Source: Lepidodermella squamata (taxonomy: Eukaryota > Animalia > Gastrotricha). Taken from it: a stretch of 64,000 bases of DNA. The position numbers were made by a program, and so were the translations under genes. The notes below the pieces were generated by a model, which made no database searches, was not told the origin of the DNA, and saw only the letters and a program-made list of their open reading frames with translations. Location: positions 461,239 through 525,238 of the forward strand of contig JBLDXI010000073.1 of NCBI GenBank assembly GCA_047495785.1, in the 5' to 3' direction. Shown in pieces: positions 40,052-51,607 of this stretch. Numbering within the stretch: the first letter of the stretch is position 1; each line of letters begins with the position of its first letter.

Positions 40052-40943
40052 CACTTTAACGGCCATATACTCATAGGTGAGTATTCTTGAATTTGCAGAA
40101 TATAGCCATATACTCGCATATGAGTAGCCCCAAATTTGCAGGATATCGCCGTATACTCATATGTCAGTAGGCGGGTGTGTTGCTTCTTTGCGATTTTTTT
40201 GCACGAGACCTGTGCTTCTAAAAAATCCGTCGGTGCTTCACCAAGACCAAATAACACCCATAGAACTCAAATCTGGAGTCAAAATCACTTTATACTCATT
40301 CATTTCCAAAGAAATCACTGATTATCGATTATCGATCATCTCTACATTTCTACATTTCTACAACTAGCTAATTTTTTTATTTCGCCTCCACGAGATGCGC
40401 CATGTTTCAAAATATTTTTTCAGTGGATCAGCTTATTTTTAGAGATCACGCTTTACAAGGGAAAAAATTCCAAAAAATCTCTAGTAGTGTCTTTTCAACA
40501 GAAAAACCTTAAAACCACATGATTGCTACACAATTTGGTTTTGTAATGTTTCCAAGCTAGCGCTGAATACTCATAGGTGAGTATAGCAATTTTGAGCTTT
40601 AAGGCCGTATACTCATTTGTGAGTATTCATTAAAAGAGCCTGATGCCATATACTCATGGGTGAGTATACAAATTTGCAGGAAAATGCCGTATACTCATAG
40701 GTGAGTAAGCGTTTTGCAGGATATCGCCGTATACTCAAAGTATACTCAAGTACTCAAAGCGTTTTTTAGCTATTACGTAATAAGGATGGGTCAGAAAAAT
40801 TCGGGACATTTACCAATGATCTTAGAATTCAATGAACTTCAATAAAATATAATAGTCTGGGGGTCGAATTTTTTGGTAGGTACATCAAAAATACCCCGGC
40901 GCTGCAGGAATGGTACACGTGAAAAACCCCGGCGCTTAAAGTG
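40052..40943. mobile_element. Non-autonomous piggyBac-type element, TTAA TSD, termini CACTTTAA
   Basis: TTAA-CACTTTAAC ... CTTAAAGTG-TTAA; about 7 internal copies of palindromic TATACTCA-N4-TGAGTA. Confidence 0.85.
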
Positions 40944-42010
40944 TTAAACAGTCCCTAAATTACTTGAAAAACTCATTCCGAACTAAAGCAAGAGGTTAAC
41001 ATAGACGTAACCGCAATTCACCCGGTTCTTGATAGAAGGTTGCAAGTTGCAAGAGACTTCCAGATGATTTTCTGAACACATTATAGGTGCTGCAGTGTAA
41101 TAAGTAACACCTGGAAAAATCATGCGAAATTTGCATTGAAAATTGCAATGACACGACCAAGTCACCAAGCTCTCTGGACGACAACACGCGAGCTGACTGT
41201 GGCTGATGGATGACAGCAATGGCTGACAATGGACTTTGATCCGGAAAATCAGAAACATAATGTAGGGTGGCCTGGAAATAAGCACGATTGAATTGGAATT
41301 GCACTTGCTCCAGCAGTCGGCTGGAAATAGCCCCTTCGACCAGGGTGCGAAGTACGGGTTGCTGGGATGTTGCGACACCTCAGCTACTGGACTCCTACCT
41401 CCTACCAGAAGAAGGCAGGCCGCTGTTCCCGCCAATATACTTGATAATGGCGCATTCTATGACAGGCGAGTCGGCGATGAGGGTTTTGCACGACTTCGTA
41501 AATTATCATCAACCTTGTGAAGCCATGCTTTTGAATCCATCATGAATAGGAATCTATGAATAGGAATCAGGCTGATTTCTTGCTGAAAAAGGCCGAATGT
41601 GGGTCGAATGATTCGCAGCATCTGAGCAATGTGAAAGCAACTGTAGACTGTGTATGACAGGACCAATGGTCGATTCTCAACATTTGTATTGCATTTCAGG
41701 ACTGTAAATTGATAACAGTTTTTTGCCAATCGAATGTGTCTAATTCTTATTTGGACGTTCGTCCTACGATGAGACTCAAGCTACATCAGTGAAGACGTTA
41801 GAGAGAGACAGAGCGAGTTTCGGAAGCTAAATGAGCTGAAGGACTGGGTTACTACGATGGGTTACTATAAGAGTGTTGGTCAGCATTAGCAGCATTACAG
41901 TAAATTATCTTGCACATATTCTACAATCGAAGGATCCAAGCCGGTTGCTTCGATTATGAGGAATGTCACAAAACAGTTCATAAGAGTTACTGAAAGCACC
42001 AGATGATGTT

Positions 42011-42645
42011 CTACGGGTTCCAGCAGTTGGCCACTTGAGTGTTGTGTCTGACCCAAAACCGTGTGTCACGCATCAGCTGTGAGTAGGCATAGAATCTCCA
42101 CCCGCCAGTCGACGCGGCCGCGGCATTCCACGTTGGTCCACAAAATGCGGTCGCACTCATTCCAGGGATATTCACACCGGTAGCATGAGTACCCATAGCC
42201 CATCCGGGGCCGAATTGGGTAGCGCAAATAGCATCGCCAGCAGCGCCCGATGTAAGGGCAGTCCCTAAGAAAGGAGGAAGCGGTTAAGAACAATATTCAG
42301 TATAAATTGATGTGAAATACCCCTGATCGGCGTTGTAAGAGCAGCATGGCCACTGAACCAGTTGTTGTAGAACTCAGCGCTAAACGCCGCTCCTGCATAC
42401 GAGTTTGGTACCATGGGGTAGCATGGGCGGGGTGCGTTGTCGGATTTCACGCACAGGATTGGTAGGAATGTGGTGCAGTTCGTTTCACCGTTGTAGCCAT
42501 CGCAGCCGCTACAATACAATCGGTCAATGCCGAATTTCGAATCGTGCGCTTCGACGGTCCACGTCATGCCTTTGCCTCCGGCCGCTTCAACGGAAGCGAA
42601 GGCGAAACAAGCTACAAGAGCTGCGATGACAAAAGCTGTATCCAT
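42011..42645 (-). CDS. Secreted 192-aa Cys-containing protein H1, bacterial-like family (HGT candidate); exons 42645-42321 and 42264-42011
   Basis: Signal peptide, then GKGMTW...CDGYNGETNCTTFLPILC...GHAALTTPIRG/TALTSGAAGDAIC...GGWRFYAYSQL...TRFWV...ANCWNP. 56-nt GT-AG intron restores the frame. Confidence 0.85.
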
Positions 42646-44058
42646 TGTGTAGATTGTAGCAGGGGGACGAGTGATAGTGGATGAAATCTCGGAAATTTCG
42701 GCTCTATTTATAGAAGCAAAACTTAAGGAAGCAACATTTCCGGGTGCAAACAGGAAAACGTTATAAAAATATTGTTTTTTTGGATTGATACCTCGATGAA
42801 AAAATTAAACACGAAAATGCGATTCAAGTGTATGTTGCAGACAGGATAATTTAGCTTGAAGCTCAGTAGCGAGTGGCAACGTTAGCCTACTTTTTTTTAC
42901 AGTTTTTCCTTAACGTTCAATTTTTTGCGTCAATAAGGATGCTTTTATTCCGGTTAGTAATTGTAAGTTGAAAGCTTATGCAAATGAAATTTTTCTACAT
43001 CATTTTCGCATGGACCCAGAGTCGATTTCAATCTGTTGGCTGTCATTTTCGCTATGTTGGCAAAGAGTGGCTGCTTATCTCTGGTACCTGGCAAGTCGGA
43101 ACTTATTGTAAAAGAAATTAGCCCCCATATTTTCAATGCATTTCAATTGATTATTTCTTCCTAATAATCATTTTTATGAAAAAATAAATTCGAAATAAAG
43201 TCGAAATATTCTGACTTTGGAATTCGTCGTTTTACTGTTGGGGCCCGAGACCGATTTCGGCCCGTACGCGTTCGGGCGTTCGTATGAGGTCGGGTAACAG
43301 CACTTTACCACTCCGCTTTGGGACCGGTCTGCAACGTAACCGTATGCGACGAACTTCAACGAATTCCTCCCTACACGGGCTGCCCAACGTGTTGGCCCGA
43401 GCCAGGCGTAGAACTTAATCTTTCTGCTCCGAAGGAGGACGAATAAGTAAACATCTCCCAAACGGCCGTTTACGGTTTAAAGTCACTTTCATCCTTTCAT
43501 CCTTATTTCAACCTGACTTGATTGATGCCGGGCATCCGTGCACCACGGGATCTCTGCGGCGTCCGAAAATTCGTCACTACTTACTCGTTGTTCATAAGTA
43601 CATACATCCAGTGAACTTCTTAAAGTTAAACGCCTCGAATAATCTTGAAAGGAGTGAGATGAATGCCAAAGGCCATGGAGATTTTTATTAGCCGTAAAGG
43701 TTCGAAAGGTAAAATTAGAAGGAATTACGTTCAAGTTGACAGAGCTATCATCAGGTTTTCTCGGTTTTTATCCGGACATTTCCACGCGGAAAATTATCCA
43801 GCTTTGATACCGGAAGGTTTATAATTTTCAAGCCATAAATCATTCTAAACATGCAAAAAATGAACGTTATACTGAATTATCCTGTCTAAAACACGCTTAA
43901 TTGCATTACGTGTGCAGTTTTTTATATCCAGGTATGAATGCAAAAAAGCTTCAAAATAGTCAAAGACTTCAGCTTGCACCCGGAAATGCGGCTTCCTTCT
44001 GGGTTGATAATATATAATGAGTCGAGATTTCGCTTTAAACTCACTCCAACCAGCCGGC

Positions 44059-44776
44059 ATGCAAATGTTACGCGTCATCGTCATAGCTCTTGTAGCTTGT
44101 TTCGCTTCTGTTCAAGCGGCCGGAGGTAAAGGCTTAACTTGGTCTGTCGAAGCTCATGATTCGAAATTCGGCATCGATCGATTGGCTTGTACTGGCTGTA
44201 ATATCAACACGGGCGATACGAACTGCACAACATTCCTACCGATTCTCTGCGTGAAAGCCGACAACGCGCCCCGCCCATGCTACTCAGTCGGGCCAAGCTT
44301 GTTCGGATTAGCGGCGATGAATGTTGACTCCAACAACAACAACTGGTTCGGGGGCCATGCTGCTCTTACAGTACCGGTTAGAGGTAACGTGAAATTGTTG
44401 TGCCAAGCGTCAAAAGATTTCTCTCTGTTAAGTCGGATGTAATACAAAATTCGTGCCAAATTTGACATTGGTGGACAGTTTTATGTGGAATAAATTAAGC
44501 TTTTTACTTCTCACTGTTTTAGGAACTCGCCTTACATCGGCTACTGCGGGTGACGCCGTCTGCGCCTCACAACATGGTCCCGGATGGAATATGGCCACGC
44601 ATACTACAGGCGTGAATGTCCCCGGAATGAGTGCGACAGCATTCTGTGGATCCACGTGGAATGCCGCTTCCGGAAGGAGTGGCAGCGGGAGATTCAGCGT
44701 TTACTCTCAGCTGATGCCCAACACGCGGTTCTGGACGAAAGTCACCAATGAGGAGGGAAACTGTTGGGACGCATAA
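44059..44776 (+). CDS. Secreted 192-aa protein H2, inverted paralog of H1; exons 44059-44383 and 44523-44776
   Basis: Same exon lengths (325 + 254) and intron position as H1; GKGLTW...GDTNCTTFLPILC...TRFWT...GNCWDA. Confidence 0.85.
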
Positions 44777-45502
44777 AACATGTGTTGCTTTCAGAAACAC
44801 TCGGTGACTTTATTATTCTGAATTGCCGCGATAACTTCACTCATATTCCCGCGTTTCCGTGCAATTTTGTTACACAGCTCTTATCATACAATTTCCGAAT
44901 AGTTGAAAGTTGAATAGAACTCGTATAATATGAACCATGATAAATTGAACTGACAGTTTCTTTTGATATGACATCGGCTATACTATGATCACGGCCTGAT
45001 TTCCGAGGTCGCATTCAACGTCGAATCGGAAAGTGTGAATGAAACATCGGCACTGCCAGTCCATTACACGCGATCCATCATTCGCGGTGTTATGAATAAT
45101 TAAAATGCAGCCAGTTTGTTAGGGAGTTGCACTTATAGAGGATGCAGCTATCGAAGGATCGCTGTCATGGCGTTCAATTTTTAGAAATGTTCATTCATGC
45201 TGTTATCGATTTGGCTAAGTAAAAACATATGCCATGAGGTCCCTATTCATGCCACTTTAGAGCTCTCTCCTTTTAAAGAATAAAGTTGCCTAAGTTATAT
45301 AGCAATCAAACTCACAGGTAAAGCGCGATTTGGCTCCCCCAGAACGGGACTGCGTGAAAACCTCTTAACTTGACATTTTTCCTATCCATTTTTGAACGAC
45401 TCAACGGTCACGATTCTTACGGCGGTTTTACGTCCAGAAGCTAGCAGTGTTGAGTCCATACAATATTATTCGCAAGGTTTAGGCGCTTTTTACGTTTGTT
45501 TT

Positions 45503-46574
45503 ATGGCAATGGGAGCAAAAACAGTAATTTGTATGGTGGCTATTCTCGCTGTATTGTTCAATTTGGCAAGCGTTGAATTGCAAAAAATCGGTGGCAATGT
45601 TAGAAATATGCTCGATAACGCCTGGAACACCCTGCGGGACAATGCTAATCATTTTAAAGATAAAATCTGGGACAAAATATTTGGAGAAGTGAGCGAAGAA
45701 GACGAAACGCTTGAAGACGGCAGCGATGATGATTTGGTAAGTCACACGTTAACTAACGACGAAAATTTTAATAATCAGCTGAAAATAGGACTTGAACGAC
45801 AATCGTAGGGCTGACGTTTATACCCAGATCATAGAAAGATTGATCGATGTAGACAAGCGCCGACCGCGCAATCGAAACAACGAAAATGTCATGAAATCGA
45901 TCAGTTTTACACATTACAAGGAACACCTAACATCAAATAGCGTATCGTTCAAAGTCGAAGACGTCGACAAGGCTGTGCCTCATTTCGCCAGGTCGCATGA
46001 CTTGAATGAAAGAATCGGTCAGATAATATTGGAATCTGTGAAGTTATTTATTGCTCAGGAAAAAGACGACGTCAAATTCGAATTCACAAAAGGGCAGCCT
46101 GGCGAATTTATGCAGTATATTTATGCCTTCAAAAAAATTGGTATGTTGCTACAATTCTACGATTCCGATATTCACTAAACTTTGAATTTATGAGACATTG
46201 TATCGTCTGCATCGTTTCTCACAAAACGTTTCAGATGTATATTTTATTATTTCTTAGATGGAAACGTTTACATGGGTATATCCGCACACATCGTCAATTT
46301 TCAACTTGCTCCAGTTGAAAAGATTGAATATAAAGAGAAAACTGGGTGGTTTTCCAATTACAAAATCGAGGTTGGCCGAAGGATGGTAAATCGGAATTTG
46401 GAGCACAGAGAAAGGGTTGCTTTTCAGAGCTACATGGAGCATAGAGCCGTTCAAAAAATGATTGAAAGCATCAGCTTCGATGAAAATTCGCTCCGGCCTG
46501 AATCTGTGCTATATTTGAAGCTACGTCAACAAATCGAGCATGAGATCGCTGAGCAGCCGAGGGCCAAAAATTGA
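45503..46574 (+). CDS. Secreted protein of unknown function, about 300 aa; exons 45503-45736, 45789-46140, 46258-46574
   Basis: Hydrophobic N-terminus (VICMVAILAVLFNLASV). Three ORFs join in frame via GT-AG introns (phase 0, phase 1). Short acidic linker. Confidence 0.75.
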
Positions 46575-47414
46575 CAGTAAATATGACAATTGTTTGAAAC
46601 TGCCCCATATTTGTGAGGTTGTTAACGTATACAACTGAGTTTTCTGCCATGGCTATATTTGTGAAAAAAAATTCTTTTTTCGACATCAAAATAAATTGTT
46701 CAATGTTTATCAGCCAGAGACGACTGGTAAGATAATACTTCCCTTGACTTGGCATATCACTACACCTTTTTCCCTTTGATATAATATCATTATTTTTATG
46801 AAAGAAACACGTGTTTATTTTTTCATGATTCTCAGCTTCTTCATTTTATTCATTTTTTTACTTTTTTCTACCTAAGGATTTACTCGATCGTCGAAGGTTC
46901 GCCGTAAGCGATTACAAAACCCGAATTGGATGAATTTGATATCAAATTGAAGCAAGAGATCTGATCTATCTAGCTGTGAAATTAGAATACTGGCTGCCAT
47001 TTTGTTCTTGAAGATCATAGAGAACGTAGTGATCATTAATATTGAATAAGCACAAAATCTGATTGTAATTCACATTTTTGTTTTATTTTCTTTTCACCAT
47101 TTTGTATACTTGATTTGAACACCTGTGTAGGGTATAGTTTGAAGAGAATTCTCTGCCGATGCGTTGTCTCATCATTTTGTATATTTTCGCAAACTTTTTC
47201 AGATCTAGATTTCTGTAACTGGTTGCTTACCTGGTTGCAACGGAACGAATTGACCGACCTGCGACCCGTTAGCTCTGTTATTTTCATTTAGTCCATTAAA
47301 TCGTAAACGATAATCTTATGAAAAAATACAAAAGAATTTTCATTTTTCCTTAATACACCAGAGTTACGTATGGCGATAGTTTTGTCGTAAAAACGTGTAT
47401 TCATGATATTTAAA

Positions 47415-47750
47415 GCCACCAGCACGCCGGCCTGTCAAAATGGCTACACACAACGTGCTCGGATAGCATTCTCACAAAAGTCTTTATAGCTGGCAGCTTT
47501 CACTATCAATTTTTCATCAAGCAGCTGTTCATGCATACCACTGTGCAAAAATGGCCGTTGCTTTGCGACTCTAGATAGACTAGACCAGATTGCTCAACTT
47601 CGCATCATCCCCTTCAATATTTCCTGCAATCAATTTACCATTTGTCTTGACCTGAAGCGGCCTGATCCTCGCCTTGCAAGGGTTCTAGCGTTGGATAATC
47701 GATCAAGAGCAGCTGTGGTAATCGGTGGAGTGATTGTGGCATACGCGTAA
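47415..47750 (+). pseudogene. Heavily degenerate copy of EGF exons 11-14
   Basis: cacgccggcctgtcaaaatggc, tgcaaaaatggccgttgc, ccagattgctcaact and the preceding intron sequence match the paralogs; many deletions. Confidence 0.7.
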
Positions 47751-49134
47751 GTCTAAAAATGAACGTTTTAATAATCTTCAGTGCTAATCACGAGTTAATT
47801 GCATGTTAATGTACACCTATGAGGGCCAAAAATGCGAGCGACCTTGAGGGATGAGGGACTATAAAAATTCTAGAGTGGCTTTAACTTTTGACTTATGTTT
47901 ATTCAGAATTAACTAAATGTAAGCAATATCCAGGTTATAAATTGCATCTGCTCGCGTAAAATTGATTTTGAATGTTATGACATTCCGTTTCCTTTTATTC
48001 TGTTTCAAATTCAGAGTGGATTAGCTCATAATTGTTTCTAAGGTCGCGCTCCAACTTTATTGTTTTCGAAGGTGCTAACAGTTCCGTCAAACAAACGGGG
48101 GTCAACGGTTTTAGTGAGCACCTCATTCAACATTTTCTTCTATTTCCTGAAGATTTCTTCCAGTTTTTCACAGTTGTTTTTTTTATTTGACTTTGAAAAT
48201 GGCAACATCCCGAGGAGGGGCGGCGGGAGCTCCTGCCCGATTCTTCGAACAGCCCTAATTTCGCTCGTTCAACCGGTTTGAAATATGCAAACTCTAGAGC
48301 AACTTGGGACAACGAGTGAATTGGCTACGCATCATCGGTTGAAGGTTGAAGGGGATCAAAGACATTGCGGCTGAAGATACTTTCGAGGCTTTCTGTTGCT
48401 TTGCTGTCGATGCTTCTCCAAACCATGCTTGCCCGGTGAACATCGCGTTTCCTCGAATAAGTAGCCAGCTCAATTTCTTCTTCAGTTGACCAAAAAGGGG
48501 GGCTGTGCCGGGGCTAAGAGGGAAGCGGGAAGCTAAGAGGGAAGGGGGTAAATGATCCCCTTGAAGCTCCGACGAAAACGTGAAGGGGATACTTATGCTC
48601 GCCATTATGACTGGCGTTAATTATACTTTGCTGAAAATTGGCGGGATTATCATTTTGAAGTTATTTTTTACCAAATTGCCAACTGTACAGTACGCGAAGC
48701 ATTTAGGATGCTCGAACTAGGGTGTATTTTCGGGCGAAAATTGTATGACCAAAGGGTCCCCACGTGGTCTCTTTGGTGTTTTCCACTTTGGCCTGCCGAA
48801 CTGGGGGGTAACGCGACTCATCGTGATGAGTATGCTGTTGTTCGCCTGACTTGGATGATATTGATCATTGACGACTTTCAAAGCTCTTCATCTGCCAGGC
48901 TTTCCCTCACATCTTCGCCTCAATCTTTCGGAACTGACTTAAGCCTCAAGTACCTGCAGTTCAAAGCCGTTGCAACCTCCTCCATCGTTATTCGATGCTC
49001 GAACTCGGAAAGATCATGTTGCTTTTTGAGCTGTCAACAAATACCGCGGTTCATACGTCGTGGTCCATCAGTCGATCCAATATCGGTAAAAAAATCGAAA
49101 AATTGACGACCCTAGTTGTTAATAGCTGCGGGAC

Positions 49135-49290
49135 CAATGCGCGAAGTAGGATCCTCGAGCTAGGGGGTATTTTCGGGCCCAAATTTTATGACCAAAGGGT
49201 CCCCCTGTGGTTTTTTGGGGGATTTTCCACTTTGGCCTTGTGAACTGGGGGCTACGATACCCCTCATTCCCCCCCGTACTTCGCGCACTG
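49135..49290. mobile_element. hAT-type MITE (156 bp), 8-bp TSD TGCGGGAC
   Basis: CAATGCGCGAAGTA ... TACTTCGCGCACTG; TSD at 49127-49134 and 49291-49298. Same family as 38329. Confidence 0.9.
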
Positions 49291-50576
49291 TGCGGGACAC
49301 AGTTAAGCGCTAATTCTCGGGATTTCCTCCACACGTCACGAACTCAGGCGAGACGATCAGCATTGGAGGGCTCTCTCGGCTCTTTGGCTCATGGTTTGTA
49401 GTATGTGCCTTTTCTGGGCCATTGACGAGCTTATTCGCTGTGGAGTTCTTTCTATTAGGAATTTCAATCTCCAAAATAGCATCGGCCTTGGATGATGCCG
49501 AAAACGTGTGCCATGTCTAATTCATAGTTTTACGATACGGATTCGAAACGGCCCAGTGGAAGTGTTCGCATTCGGATTTGGATTTGGACAAGAAATGGTT
49601 CCTGACGATTTTAGGGCACCTGTTAACACCGGTTTAAGAATACTTGGGTGATACTGAGCTGCATTCATGCAGATCTGCCTGACACACCATGAGCGACAGA
49701 AAATTCTTCTTGGGGATTGGAGAATAGGTTGGGTAGTGTGATTATATTATGCGCGAGGATGGTCTCAAGCCAAATTAATTTAGGCTCAGTGTCGCGTGCC
49801 TAGAAAACACTGTTAACTAATACGAAATTAACGATCTTTCCATAGTAAATTTATTCGAGCTGAATTTGCAAAGAGTGCGGCACGCGACCACTTTTTATGT
49901 CACTGAATCTGCCCATTATAATTTTGAATAATTTAAAAAAAAAACCACAGGTACCTCTTTCATAAAGTCTGAATTTCTGCCAATAAATACTAGAAGCGGC
50001 CCTCTATCTAATGTTACCAGGCACACCTTGTGTTCACTTTTGGATAATTTTCCAAAATTCGCCAAAAAGTGCTATAATTGGTGATTTTGGGCAAAATTGC
50101 CATTCTTCTGCCGCGGTTGGCTCTTTGGGAAACTTTTTGAAAATTAAAAACTAAAAACAAAATTAGTTTATCCATGTTGAGAATTTTCTTTATCGAACGA
50201 TAACAAATTTGTTTGTTAAATAATTTAGTTCGATTTTCCGATTTTTTCTTGGCTCGAAAAAATCCTATTTGCTGTAGAATATCTCTGACCGAAGCAACTG
50301 TGAGAGAAAGTCCAACATGCACGGCCGAAAATAATCTGAAGATCAAACACATTTTATAGCGTTTATATCGATATCCACTGAAAAATCGCCACGTGAAGTA
50401 GCAGGATCAAATTATTTGCAAGTTGTTACGGAAACTAATATCCGGGCAATTTCCACCCGAAAATGTTAAAAAAAACAAAAAATTACCATCACCGCAAAAA
50501 ATCTCTGGCTATGTAGACGTTGTTATTTAGCTCTGTTTCTATTTATCTTGAGAAGCTACTGTTTTTTTGTTTTTGG

Positions 50577-51189
50577 AATAATTAGCTTAATTCCGGACCC
50601 CGCTTATAGTTCTGTGCAGGTAAAAGTTTAAAAATTCCGCCTTTTTCCTTATTTTCTTCACGCAAGTTCAATAATTTTATTAAATTCTCGCTAAAAATAG
50701 TTAATTAAATACAATTTCCAATTATTTCAAACCGTTGAAAACAATAGGTCAGAAAAATCGACTTTTTTGTCCCTCCGGCACTGGAGTACCGCCTTAGGGG
50801 AGTATCTTAGTCATCTTATTCATCTCGCTGGATCTCTAACCATAACACCTGGAAGCTTCTAATATTGATTTTCCTACTCCCCGGACTTGATTTAGTATTG
50901 AAAATATCTTTTTGAGAGATCATAACCGCCCAAAGTCATTTGACAAGCTTGCATGGCAAGTTAGGGTGATCACCTGAGTCATCCTGTCCTAAGGCGGGGG
51001 AAGAAGATCTTTTGAGACCACCAAAGTGATGTTGTTATTTTTTGTGTGAATTTAATAAAATTATTGAACTTGCGTGAAGAAAATAAGGGAAAAGGCGGAA
51101 TTTTTAAACTTTTACCTGCACGGAACCATATAGAGAACGTTCTCTATGCACGGAACTAAGCGGGGTCCGGAATTGAGCGACTAATTATT
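50577..51189. mobile_element. MITE / fold-back element with about 110-bp terminal inverted repeats
   Basis: aattccggaccccgctta...gcaggtaaaagtttaaaaattccgcc...ttattaaattc is mirrored at 51048-51189. Confidence 0.75.
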
Positions 51190-51607
51190 AGGTTCTACGG
51201 GGGGAGGGGGATAAATACCTGAGCATTATAGAGGCTATATAGCCAGAGATTTTTTACATGTTATGTTTTCAAAAAGATGCACACACACACACACAAAGTT
51301 TTTGTTTCGCGCGCTCTGATTACTACGTTCTCTATGTGTTATTATTTTATTATGTGAGCTTCGCCTAGGGTAATTGCCTTTTTAGGTAACCTTGCTATAA
51401 TAATAATAAGAACGTTGACAGCGCCAGCTCCACTTTCGTGACTGCTGTCAATCAAACTTGCCATACAACTACTAGAAGTAGCAGAGAGAGAGAGAGAGAG
51501 AGAAAGCGTTGCATCCATCTATTAGCTGAAGCTAACTACTTGGCGTGTAGAATGTGCTTCTTTCTTTCTCACTGACACCTTTGTTTTCGAGAATATCATT
51601 AGTGTAA

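Noticed and set aside
40066-40760. Regularly spaced palindromic repeats resembling a CRISPR array
   Set aside because: Eukaryotic context, degenerate repeats, short similar spacers, no cas genes; enclosed by piggyBac ends.
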